A stretch of DNA of 64,000 nt from Saccostrea cucullata. Lineage: Eukaryota. The position numbers and the translations under genes were made by a program. The stretch is from contig NW_026926606.1 in assembly GCF_032062105.1 (NCBI RefSeq), forward strand, positions 62,001 to 126,000. Reading direction: 5' to 3'. Positions 38,101 through 49,400 of this stretch are shown here, piece by piece. Numbering within the stretch: position 1 is the stretch's first letter; the number at the start of each line of letters is the position of its first letter. The notes beneath the pieces were generated by a model. It saw only the letters and a list, made by a program, of their open reading frames with translations. It was not told the origin of the DNA and searched no databases.

Positions 38101-39225
38101 AGCTCTCCTGTAAATGCATAAAAAAAATTAATAATGAAGTTTGAAAACGGAGGAGAATCATGCATTTTAACTCAACTGCTTGTACAGAAGTCTATCTCTT
38201 TCTGAATCAGTCTCACGTATTACAGCTTAGGAATTTCATGCATTATTTAATAAAAGTTTAGAAATCCATTTGAACATGGATTTTTTTTTTTGGATGTCAT
38301 TAGGCTATCATTAAAAATTTTTTGTTTGATGTACTCTGACCCACATGTTTCAAGGTGGGTAGGTACTAGGTAGGTAGGTATTTAATTTTTTTTTTTTTGC
38401 TTTGTATATATCTAATATAAAATTCGCAAACTCGGAGAGTCTTTAATGTTTTTGGAACACTTCTAGCATACCTGTCCCTGAAAATATGGCGCTAAAGTTT
38501 GTATGCTGACAAAGATTGATTCATCCAAACTTTTGTTTGAAAAACTTTCCTGTTCTTTATTAGCAAAAATTTCATAAACCAACCCAAAATGATTAAAACA
38601 GTTACATTCTCTGAGCTTTGAAATACTCCAACCCTAATGCTAACCCTAATCATATACATTTCTAAAACATTTTTTGTGACAAAATTTTATTCAAAATATA
38701 TCAAACATGTAGTTAAAAATGAAATAATCTATAGTTTTATATTTTGTATATTTTGTGTTAAATTATCTCAAAATAAAATATAATATTTACTGGAAGGTGA
38801 CACTAAACACAAAGTGAACTTTGAAAAGTCATAAAAGGGAAGGCAACAAAGATAATTTAACAGTTCGTGTCCTTCACAAACATAAACTTGAATGAAGTTC
38901 ATATACAACGAATATGAAAATAAACACGGCACATATTTTGTGAAGCACGGACACTGATTTTGTACTTTATTTTGAGAAGGTAAAAATGAGAATGTAACAG
39001 ATAGGTATATAAACTACATCAATAAAATAAATACGATTAGAAATATATGCCTGTATATTTATGAATGAAAATGTACAAAATTATAAACATGAATATAAAA
39101 AAGAGTGCATTTTTACGTGTTTACTTTTTTTTGTGTGTGTTTAAATTACAAACAGTCCCATAGGCTACCTCATTCTTCTGGTTTGTTTTGCACACTGTTA
39201 TTGTTTTAACTTTTACATCTTTCAT
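26149..39225 (-). CDS. MIS18BP1: Mis18-binding protein 1 (KNL2), CENP-A licensing factor
   Basis: 16 phase-consistent exons: 39225-39169, 38107-37561, 37329-37301, 37134-37043, 36622-36492, 36312-36231, 35879-35842, 34882-34648, 32159-32086, 31617-31424, 31213-30609, 30399-30245, 29004-28862, 27319-27153, 26879-26792, 26301-26149. SANTA domain (LYSWIIKV...CVEGKL...YWHSSLISDR...TVSGKVYRLMG...FLSGFPVHW); CENP-C-like motif (TRSGRAVKPVVGWYAGQ); SANT domain (WRKDEV...FWSKVVNHVKTKTLEECQEYF); conserved C-terminal blocks TAKRGTLKRKQQLRE...DLFDGTP and EEESDYYFSE, recognised from vertebrate M18BP1. Confidence 0.93.
27480..28885 (-). repeat. 33-bp minisatellite (~42 copies) built from the MIS18BP1 exon 13 splice-donor junction
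   Basis: The unit on the minus strand is approximately CCATACCGGCACCACTCAAAG|GTAAACCACACA, and the first copy is the true exon end (28862). The 11-aa periodicity is visible in overlapping ORFs. Confidence 0.92.
29885..30040. repeat. Fold-back palindrome (Crypton-like element end)
   Basis: TTTCAGAATTTATCGATGT...CTCTGCCTTTTTACTCACAAACT / AGTTTGTGAGTAAAAAGGCAGAG...ACATCGATAAATTCTGAAA. Confidence 0.7.
31590..31978 (-). repeat. 43-74-bp tandem repeat (7 copies) built from the MIS18BP1 exon 10 splice-acceptor junction
   Basis: GTACACACTGTAAC core at 31611, 31685, 31759, 31813, 31867, 31921, 31964; the last copy in the direction of transcription runs directly into exon 10. Confidence 0.9.
32439..33803. 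mobile_element. Non-autonomous Helentron (related to 17534-18610)
   Basis: AACTAGA start, (GACA/GACG)n, terminal hairpin ATACCCCCCTAAACTTCGTTTGCGGGGGTAT. Confidence 0.7.
33807..34245. mobile_element. Fold-back (Crypton-like) non-autonomous element
   Basis: Hairpin TTATGGACTTCAGTG..TTATAAGGATTCATGGCAATTGATATTGACC / GGTCAATATCAATTGCCATGAGTCCTTATAA..CACTGAAGTCCATAA; a half-copy lies at about 26930-27030. Confidence 0.65.
35084..35814. mobile_element. MITE with TA flanks
   Basis: TACTGTAAACCAA ... TTGGTTTACAGTA termini. Confidence 0.7.
36231..37134 (-). CDS. MIS18BP1: SANTA-domain exons of MIS18BP1
   Basis: Three exons encode the hallmark SANTA elements (W..K, VEG, WHSS.I..R, T.SG..Y.L.G, F..GFP..W). 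Confidence 0.92.
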
Positions 39226-40226
39226 ACTTTATGCCTGCATGATAATATATCGGCACAACACAAAAGAACAGTTTTTAAGTCACAAAAGGCACTTGTAAGC
39301 AAAAATTACATGAATTAGCTCAAAGTCAGGATTGGATAGGCATGACTTTGATAGGTCGGTCAGAGTACATGAAACAAATCATTTTTTATTGTTGACCTTT
39401 TTTTGCTGTTATAAGACTGAAAAACCCCAAAAATAAGAATCCAATAAGTTTCTTTCAATTTGGGATGTGGAAAGTTAAATAACACAAAAGAACATTGACA
39501 GGTGAGTTTTTTAACATATTGGAACTGGGCGATAAGTTGCATTATGATTAACACTTTAAGAACCAAGTCTCTCTAAAAAATTAAAAATACAAACGAGACT
39601 TACAATATTGTGAACTATATCATGTATATTTTCCATTACCTATGTTAACGTGGATATATATTAATGTTTGCAATACTTTTTAAAGGATGACATGGTCAAG
39701 GTAAAATAAAAAATGTGTGTGAAATATTTTATATCATTGCAAAAATAAGACAAACCATTTCTGTTATTTTGAAAACATAGTCCCTCTCGCGCGCTGATGT
39801 TGTTGATCGGCGTTAACCTTCTTTTTATGATTTGCTGTTGTAACAACCCCCTTTTCAAACGTTTGAAAGATTTTCACGTAGTTTTAGATAGCTTGTTCAA
39901 AAATTACATGAATAGAGATAGAAATTAATTTTATTTTGTTGAAATTAAAATTTTGACACCGAATTGTTATTATACTTATTGCATTAAGGCCCAGCTATTT
40001 GTAATTTCAAAACAAAGTTAGTACTTATTCAGAACATTTCAAGACAATACCTTAAGCCATTTTATGTATAAGCTATCAAATTATTCACATAAAAAAAACA
40101 ATATGGCTGCGCCCATGTCCACAACATTGACCGTGAAAAGTGGTTAACTTCATTATACCGTTCTGCAATGCAAATTCTTGGCAAATAGTGTTATCCTCCA
40201 ATTGTTATGTAAATTTGGGTTCAAAA
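39226..40226. promoter_or_regulatory. Putative bidirectional promoter shared by MIS18BP1 and NDUFAF5
   Basis: Divergent ATGs about 1 kb apart (39225 and 40227); a likely 5'UTR exon donor (GTAAGT on the minus strand) near 39603; YY1-like AATATGGCTGCGCCCAT at about 40100-40116. Confidence 0.6.
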
Positions 40227-43200
40227 ATGGCTAGAAACATCTTAAGTCAAGCAATATCTTACCTTGAAAAACACTTGTTTTTAAATACTTTGAAGAGGAA
40301 ACGCGAACTCACTGCACAAAGATGTTACACAAAACAGACCGAAAATATCATGAATGTATTTGACAGAAAAGCCAAACGGCTACAAAGAGATAGGTCTACA
40401 ATGATGCCAAATTTTGAGGATTCTCAGTTCTTAAAAGAAGAGGTTGGAATTATTTTGATGCCATATTTATTCACCAGACCGAATAATTCATTGAATCTAG
40501 ATTATAGCTCTATATATTTTAGAAGTTTCAGTAACATTGTTTATCAAATAAAACTTGAAGAATTGAACCACAGATGTGATTGACATTATGCTTGGTATGC
40601 ATATTTGTTTAGCCATTCCAGACCACATGCAGGGACTTGAGACAGTCTTAGCAAAATTGGGTAGTATATAGACTCTAGACTATATAGCCTCTACCCAACT
40701 TTTGCTAAAACTGTCTTAAGTCCCTGTGGCCAAGACTTGAAGAGATTCCCTCTTTACTAATTTGAAAGTCACAATGTAAAATCAATTTTATCTATTTTTT
40801 TTTTCGGTGTGACGCATCGATTTACCAAAATGAACCCAAATGGAAGTTAAAAGAACCCAAATGGACCCAAACTTTGGAAACTCAAATGTTTTTGACCCAA
40901 ATGGAAATCAAATGGAATATTAAATATGTATTATCGTATTTTGATACTTATCTAAATGATGAAAATAAATGAACTTACAGTTACAAATGGATTTTTTTAG
41001 CTTAAAAATCTGTAATATTGTATTTTGAAACATGAAGTTTTCATAGTATCCAATAAACCGGCAAAATTATTTGGGGGTAGGGGCAGGGGGTGGCATGGCC
41101 TCCACACCCCCCCCCCCTCCGTTCCTACGGCCATAAAAATATCAAATACATCAGTTTTGTATCAAGTATGTTCAAAAATAGTTACTGCAAATAGAATTAA
41201 ATCGCATTTTTGCAAATACAACTGAAGAAATAATGATGTTATAATATTCTCTATTTGTTATAATTTCATTATTCTCTATATTTTAGATAAGTAAAAACTT
41301 GAAATACGATATAGTATATATATTTTATATTCCATTTGGGTCCATTTGATTTCCATTTGGGTCCATTTGAGTTTCCATTTGGGTCCATTTGGGTTCCATT
41401 TGTGTCCATTTCGGTAAATCGACGCACCCTTAATTTTTGATTGTTCAGTGTGACATGCAATCATGCATGGACTCATTTGATTTTGCTGATTAGCAATTGA
41501 TAAATGCAAAGCTAACATTAAAATCAGAACAATCACCTGATAAAACTTTTTACATGTAGTTTTTCACAAAAATGTTTTTGTAGGAAATAGAGAAGTCTCA
41601 AGTATTTGACTATTCATATAGCTTTCAGTTTTCATTATTTGTACTTTTTTCACATGCTAAAAAATAACTCATTTGAGAAAAGTATGTAATAAAATAACTA
41701 AATCAAGCTATTCTGGCCCCAAGACCAGAAGACCATAAACTGAGAACAGACTTAAGTCAGAATTTAAAATCAACAGAAGTTTTGAAACAATTTTGATAGT
41801 GAAACAAAATTTTCCACATACCTATGAAATAGTATATTACACAAACCTGCAACATTTTATGAAGATATGTTACAAAGAATTGAATATTTTGTTTATGGTC
41901 TTGGGGCCTGAATAGCTTAATAAAGCGATATGTACACTGTACACAATAAAGCTGAACCACGCTATACAGCTTAAAATCAAGAGATTGTGCCAAACCTGTA
42001 GAAATGTTTATGAGTAACTAGTTACTTTTACATGTTTTAGAAACTGTGTAATAATATTTTGTCTTTCATCATTCAGATTGGGTACAGAACATATGATAGA
42101 CTTTTAGACATAAAAAGGTAAAAAACACATTATTAATCTCCTAGCTGTTAAAAGAACTTAAAGGCAAGAAAAAAAACCCAGCCAAATAAATTAAGACATT
42201 AAAAAAGACAAAAAGTGCCCCCAAAAGTTAAATAGATAACAATAAATACCTGTTATGATTTTTCTTCTTTGAATTGTAGAGAATTTGACATAGGAGTGGA
42301 TCTAGGTTCTGGACTTGGATATGTTTCCCGTCATGTTTTAAAAGATACCGTCAAATTTCTATATCAGTGTGAACTCTCAGAAAAATTACTGGTAACTTAA
42401 ATGCATATTATCTAATGCATACTCAATTGAAATGATTCACCTAATGAAGGAAACCATGCATTTTTTCCCATAATTATTTTTTATATACCGGGTAATCCAT
42501 TTGCAACTTATTTTGTATCTTAAAAACGAGAAATTCTTTTTCTATGTTAGTCACAATCAAGCACAGTTTATTAAATTTTATTTAGAGACAAGCACAGGTT
42601 TCACCAGAAGTTCCTACTCAAAAACTGATAGTTGATGAAGAATTTCTCCCATTTAAAGAGAATTCTTTGGATGTAATTGTGAGCAGTTTAAGGTGAGTAC
42701 TGATCGAAGTGTGGCCAGAAGTTGATAAGAGACAGTTATTTCTGTCAAGCTATAGCAAGGAAGAATATTCTCATCCTCATATGTAAAGTATCAGAATTTC
42801 TCTTTTCTGTGTTAAACCTTGCACTAAAAAAAAAAATATTCCACATGAAAAACAGTAAGTGGTCTTTATTTTTCTGTATTTGTAAGATGTTATTTTGTCT
42901 GCTGACAGCTTACACTGGGTCAATGATTTACCAGGGTGTTTCAAGGCTGTAAGTATTAAGTGTTTATGTACTAGTATGTGTATGAATAAAGTTCATTTTT
43001 GATTGATTATTAAATGAACATGTATCTTTAAACAATTTTTTTGAATTCCTTGGACAGAAAATGTACAAAAATTAATTATTGCAATATAAAACTTTTAAAG
43101 ACCAATGGAAGTTGATAATCTGCAAACTGAGATTAATATAGTGAGCAATACTACAGTAATCATGGTAATGAAATAGGCTTTTTTGTGCTTGACCATGTCC

Positions 43201-45050
43201 AGAAATGTCTAGAAAATGTTAACCATTACTGTCTCTTTGAACAGGCTCAGAAGGCTTTAAAACCGGACTGTCCATTTATTGGGAGTATGTTTGGTGGTGA
43301 CACGCTGTTTGAACTCAGGGTTTCTCTGCAGTTAGCAGAACAGGAAATACAGGGGGTAGGTACCAGGATAAACTGGTTCTCAACAATAAGGCAGTACACA
43401 GAACTCAATACTTTCATAAATTCAAAAAAAGAAAATGGTGAAGCATGAATGAAACTTAATTTTAATTCATACAAAGTCCATAGCATTATCCAAGCTCATT
43501 GAAAAATGAATGCAATTAAAGAAGACAAATCACTCCTGTACTTGTTTGATTGACAGGGGATTAGTCCACACATTTCACCTTTCACTGATGTCCGTGATCT
43601 AGGTAACCTATTAAACAGAGCAGGATTCACCATGTTAACTATTGTAAGTGTGCCAAATAAATCAAAGTACTGATAGTACTGAAGGGTAAAGTGAGAAGTT
43701 ATACAAATACTAAAAGATAGATCTAAAGCAGTATTCAGTTTGTTCACAAAAGGAGCATGCTTTAAAATTAAACAAGTGGCAATTGTATAAAACATAGCAT
43801 ATTTTCATGAATTAGGTTTTCTTGCTTTCATGTATCATACTTATAAAGAAGTGGTCAAACAAATACATGTATGTTATTATGAGTTCTAAGTTTTCCCTTT
43901 CATTTTCACAGGATATTGATGAAATAAAAACAACTTATGAGAACATGTTGTCCTTAATGCTGGATTTGAAAGGTATCAGAATCATGATCCAATAAATACT
44001 TCTGCTAAATTTATCTTAGTTATCAGTGGAATGCCTTTGGTAACATTAAAGTAATGATTTTATTTTAATATCAGGCATGGCAGAAAATAACTGTGTCTGG
44101 GAAAGGAGGCCCATGCTTTATCGTAAAACAATAGAATTAGCTGAGAAAAAATACAGAGGTAAAATTCTCGTTGTAAAAGCTCATCTTTTAGAATAGAAAC
44201 ATTGAGTAAAAATCTTGATTATGATAAGGTTTTCAAGTACATGTAATCCAGACTTTCTTTAAAAGAAATTTTTTAATCTTGTGAGAGTATATTAGTTAAT
44301 TATTAAAAAATTGTGTAAACACACCACAATTTCTCCCTCACACAATCTCTCTATCTCTGTCTCTTTATCTCTGATTTTTTTTTGTGACTGACTCCAATTA
44401 CATGTATATGGTAATTTTGTTGTAGAAATGTACAGCTCAGAGGAGGGACTGGAGGCTACCTTTCAGATTGTAAATTTCATTGGTTGGTCCCCGCATCCTT
44501 CTCAGGTATTTATATGATATTCCTTTATATTTCTAGTTATACAAAGTATCAGGTTGGGTCAGTTCCAGTCTTAGTTACACACAATTAAAACTATATTAAA
44601 ATCTATCAGAGAACACAATTTATCCTGAGTCTAACAGAGATCATCTTATAATACAGGCTCAGGCACTTATTGAGCCCAATGGAGCCAGACTTTTTTCCCC
44701 GCAATATTTTGAACTATTTGATGTGAAATGTAGTCATAATTCTCTGATAAAGAAATATTTAACAGGTTTTTAAAGTTTCAAACAGTAATTTTTGTAAAAT
44801 TTTTTGCCCACATGTTTTTAAGCTTTATTTATATATTTTCTACTCACATTTCTCCAGAATGTAGATCTGTTGCTGCACATGGTTCACAAAGCTAATTTCT
44901 TGTTTCGCCATTTTTCAGCCCAAACCATTACAAAGGGGATCAGCCCAGTTTTCTCTGAAGGATATTGATAAAATTGATGAGTTAACCAAGGAAATGGAAT
45001 CACAAACAGAGGATCTGGATACAGAATTAAACCCAAAGAAAGACAAATAA
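40227..45050 (+). CDS. NDUFAF5: Arginine-hydroxylase NDUFAF5, mitochondrial complex I assembly factor (SAM-methyltransferase fold)
   Basis: 11 exons: 40227-40442, 42077-42117, 42280-42391, 42586-42692, 42909-42948, 43245-43355, 43557-43643, 43912-43972, 44075-44158, 44426-44505, 44919-45050. Basic N-terminal mitochondrial-type presequence, then [111 protein letters not shown]. Confidence 0.96.
40622..40730. repeat. Short fold-back palindrome in NDUFAF5 intron 1
   Basis: CAGGGACTTGAGACAGTCTTAGCAAAATTGGGTAG / CTACCCAACTTTTGCTAAAACTGTCTTAAGTCCCTG. Confidence 0.65.
40806..41429. mobile_element. TIR element with subterminal CCCAAATGGA repeats
   Basis: GCATCGATTTACCAAAATG ... CATTTCGGTAAATCGACGC; oppositely oriented ACCCAAATGGA arrays at the two ends. 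Confidence 0.7.
41708..41917. mobile_element. Short MITE
   Basis: GCTATTCTGGCCCCAAGACCA ... TGGTCTTGGGGCCTGAATAGC. Confidence 0.6.
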
Positions 45051-45259
45051 CACAGTCAGGATAAATAACAAAGATAATGCAACCAGGACCATTAACAAAG
45101 ACAAAAAAATGTCAACAACAAACAAACAATAAGTGTATTATAATGCAATGTATATTTTATTTAAATTACTCAACCCAATAAATCTATGAAATAATATATT
45201 TAATCTGTTTATTTATTTTCTGATCTCTTGGAATGAAATAGCACTTGCTGTGGCCTTCA

Positions 45260-45950
45260 GCTCAACATTTTGTATATCTATGACATTTTTTCAGTTAACA
45301 CACTGTTATTTGAATTCTTATGTCGATTCAATATAAAGAATACCACAGAATCCATCACATCTGATTCATATTTGGATATTCTACTTGAAAAAGATGTTAA
45401 CGGTTTTCTAAAATCCAAGCTCTATGATAAGCATGATGAATTTAACTTTTCAATCGTCAACATACCTTACTTTTGCAGCAATATACCTTCATCACCTTTA
45501 TACGGGTTTATGTCTCTCAGTTGATTCGATATGCAAGAGCATGCTCTACATATGAACCATTTATAAAATGAAGTAAATTATTGAAAAACAAGTTGATTTC
45601 GAAACAAGAATATCAGCAGTCTCCTTTGAAGGTATCATTTCCTAAGTTCTACGGTCGAGACAATGGCCTTGTCAGCAAATACAGTTTATCATTGAGTCAA
45701 ATGCTGACTGACATTTTTCATACTCATTATTAGACCATTATTCATACACTGAATTGTTGACGGATTTTCATGTTAATTCCCAATCATAAGAAGGAGCAGA
45801 GTGTGACCAGTCGGCAGAGGATGCTCACTCCTCCATGGCACCTGATTCCACCTCTGTTGCTTTAGAGGTCCGTTTTTGCTCTGCTCCTATTTTATATTGT
45901 TTTATGGATTTTTGATTTGGAATACTGTTCGTTATCTTCATATATTTCGT
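45260..45950 (+). mobile_element. Penelope-like retroelement 3' fragment (pseudogenised RT C-terminus)
   Basis: SYLDILLE...KLYDKHDEFNFSIVNIPY..SNIPSSP.YG followed by frameshifted SQLIRYARAC-like sequence and the terminal GTGACCAGTCGGCAGAGGATGCTCACTCCTCCATGGCACCTGA motif. Confidence 0.7.
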
Positions 45951-46452
45951 CTATGTGATTAAACCAAGTTATAAAATAAAAATTCCAAATTCTCAAAAGA
46001 ATCGACAATATACGTATATTTAATTGCTGTGGTGAAATCTCAAAAATAAGGATTATCTCCCTCGATCATGCATCATGTGCATAGCTCTTATTCTTCATCG
46101 TATTTGGCTCCAGTCTTTGGCACCCTTTTTCCACTCTTCAAAGTTATTTTTTATTATATATTTTGGATTTTTAACATTTTGGAATGTAATGCGGTCCAAC
46201 AGATGCGTTTACATGTTGTATTTAGCATACTTAACAAACAAGCTTGATTTAAAAATATTGAAACCAATTCGACCTTCAATGCAACGCCTCTACCGTTTAA
46301 CCAATTAACAAATTACTGGCATTTCCCCCTCTAAAAGTATAAATCGGATCTGAACAAACTTTCATTAATATTTTAGAATTAATAATTAGTACATGGGAAC
46401 AGCCAAATATAATAAAAAAAAAAGTAAATTTCAACTATATGTATTGAAGAAT

Positions 46453-49400
46453 ATGTTTATTACGAATTTATTTTATCTGGCCGTATTTGCTACAAAATGT
46501 TTAAGTAAGTATTGAACGATTTTCATGTATTTATTATGATTCTCAAACTTTATTTGATGTTTATATTAGAATCCAATTCTTAAACAATGATGTGATCAAT
46601 CAGTTTGGTTAGGTGATTATGTGTAGATGAACACGCGAGCAGAATGACTGATCATCCTCATCTTGCTCAAAAAAAAAAAAAAAAAAAAGGCTATCGCTTA
46701 TTTTTACATGTTTACTTTATCATTAATTCAATAAGAAATTGAAACACGTATTTTTGTTCAGTAATTAAAATCTAAGTCTGAAAGCCCCATTCCATGCATA
46801 ACTTAGACAAAGCGAGAAAGCATGCAGTTTTGTTACATACTGGTCAAATCGTTTTATAAAGATATATAAAGTTAAATCCTTATTTGTAGTTTTGTCTCAG
46901 ACAAAGAATAAATATTTAAAAATATAATCCCTATTCCTTCATTCACCAAATTATATTGATGAGACTCGACCTTTAGAGACTCAATATGTAAGGGGACAAC
47001 CATTTGATTCTGAGGAGGGGCCTGGCAGAAGTTGGAAATAAATAATCTGTCCCTGAAAATGTTGAAAATAAATAATCTGTCCTCCATTGCAGAGAAAAAA
47101 AAATCTGACCTTGACTTCTGATAATTAAATATTGTAAAAATACCTTTTTTTATTTACGTGTAATTTAATCTCAAAAGTCTTCAATTCAAATTTTTTTTTC
47201 TGGCTCGCTTCGCTCGCATTTTAGAACCAAATAGTATTTAAAATCAGATTACCAGACTGGATACTTTAAAAGTCAGTTTAACAACATGCATGACAATGTG
47301 CACTTAATTAGTAAGTGTGATGAATAACTTTAAATACAAACCAATTCTTATACACCACAAAAGATAAATTTTCTTGTCGAATAATCATACTTTCTAGATA
47401 AATTAATTAAGGAATGAAGCTTATTTCAACTTATGTTATCCGATATAACAAAGCGGTTTATAAATAAGCGTAAACTGTCCCAAGTTTTGTTATATCGGAT
47501 AACATAAGTTGAAATAAACTTCACTTTTTATAATTTAGTTTTAATGTAGACAATGAGACAATATTTCCTCCAGAAAAAGGCTTCTCAGTGAGCATTATTT
47601 TAAAAGTAACGTCAAGCGGAGTAATACGTTTTTGACATTACTCATTGTGACGTAGGAAAGTTATGTTATATGAAATGGATAAAAGCGTTTAACCAATCAA
47701 ATGACGTGTTACAACTGAAATTAAATTATTACAAAATATACACTGGCGGATACCAGACCCTCCCTTAAAATTTCTAAGTATGATACGAATAATAATAATA
47801 ATGCCATACTTTGGGACAATACCAATGTTTTTTGTGCCTAGTTTTACTCTTAAAATACACAAAAATCCAAGAGCTTCAGGGGGCAGGGGGGGGGGGGGGG
47901 CTTTTCATTCAAAGTATGATATGACTTAATAATGTCATACATTGGTACACATCTAACCAATTCCTACAAAGTTTTACTCTTATACATACCGGTATTGAAT
48001 GAAAAACCCAAGAGCTTCAGGTGGCTTTGCTCCCTGAACTTACTTCACTCAAAGTACGGTATGACCAGTATTATAATAATGTCATACTTTGGTTCATAAT
48101 AACCAATACCACTATAATAGTGCCTGGTTTTACTCTTAATATACTCGAAACCCCAAGAGCTTCGGGGGTGGGATGGGTGTACTCCCTTTGCCTCCACCAG
48201 GGCTTCGCCCAGGACCCACTGTGGCCCTTACGGCGGCCCAAGACCTCTTGCCTAAACAACGTTATACCTGTCCCCTCCCCAAATCCTGTATCTGAATATG
48301 GTATACAAATGATTAGTCTTTTAGAATCAGTTGATCAATGTACGGTAAGACATAGAAGAAAATAAATAATCTGTCCTTGATAATCTTGAAAATAAATAAT
48401 CTGTCCTCGACAGGCATGAAAATAAATAATCTGTCTCAAAAAAATTTGCCAGCCCCCCCCCCCCCCCCCCCCCCAGGATCAAATGGTCGTCCCTTAACGG
48501 AGCGTAGATGCCGACCGTGTAAAAATTTCTTCTCTAGAAAATTTAATAGTACATACTGTTTTTGGTACAACACAAATAATATACTTAATTTTAAGACTTT
48601 TGTTCCGGAATTCGCACCATACCAGAGGAAATAAACCTCCAAATATCAGAGGAAACAACAATAAAATCACCAGGATATCCAGAGAAAAACTACGAAAGGG
48701 ACACAACTTATATATGGATGGTGACAGCACCTGACGTAACAGAGGAGATAAATATCAGGATAGAAATGGATGTTCACTATACTCCAGGATACCCATGTGA
48801 TGATTACCTACAGGTTCAGTATTTAATTTCATATATTTACATTTAAATATCTTTCCTTATATAACAGTGCTAATAAAATTGAAATTCAATTTTCAATGAC
48901 ATGCAGTTCTTCACATGATCAGACTTTTTTGCGTATGGAAAGCAAACTGCACGAGCAATCTAAAAAGTTCTGACTGTGCGGTCACATGACGTCGTTGTAA
49001 CCTAACGTTGCTTTTCAAAATCAAAGTCTAAATAATTGTTATATTTCTTTGCAACATGGATGAAAACGTAAAATATAAATATAAAAAAATAAAATATCAT
49101 TGTTTAGAGTCTCATTGGGATATGACATGAAGTCGATACGTGATCAAATCTACTATAACGCCCTATAGAATTTGATCACGTGACCGACTTCATGTCATAC
49201 CCCAATGAAACTCTTAAAATGATATCTTATTCCTTAAATATAGAAGGTCTACATGACAAACAAGAAATGAAGACCAATATATCTGATGCAGTTATAGTCC
49301 ACATGGCCTTTTTAAAAAATCGCACATATCTTCGACGACAAAAAAATCCAAATAATTTTAGTCAAGCAAAACCAACTAAAACTTTTAGAAATGAAAAAAA

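Noticed and set aside
40140-40226. Upstream extension of the NDUFAF5 ORF
   Set aside because: It begins at a non-ATG codon; ATG 40227 has a good AAAAATGG context and starts a presequence-like segment.
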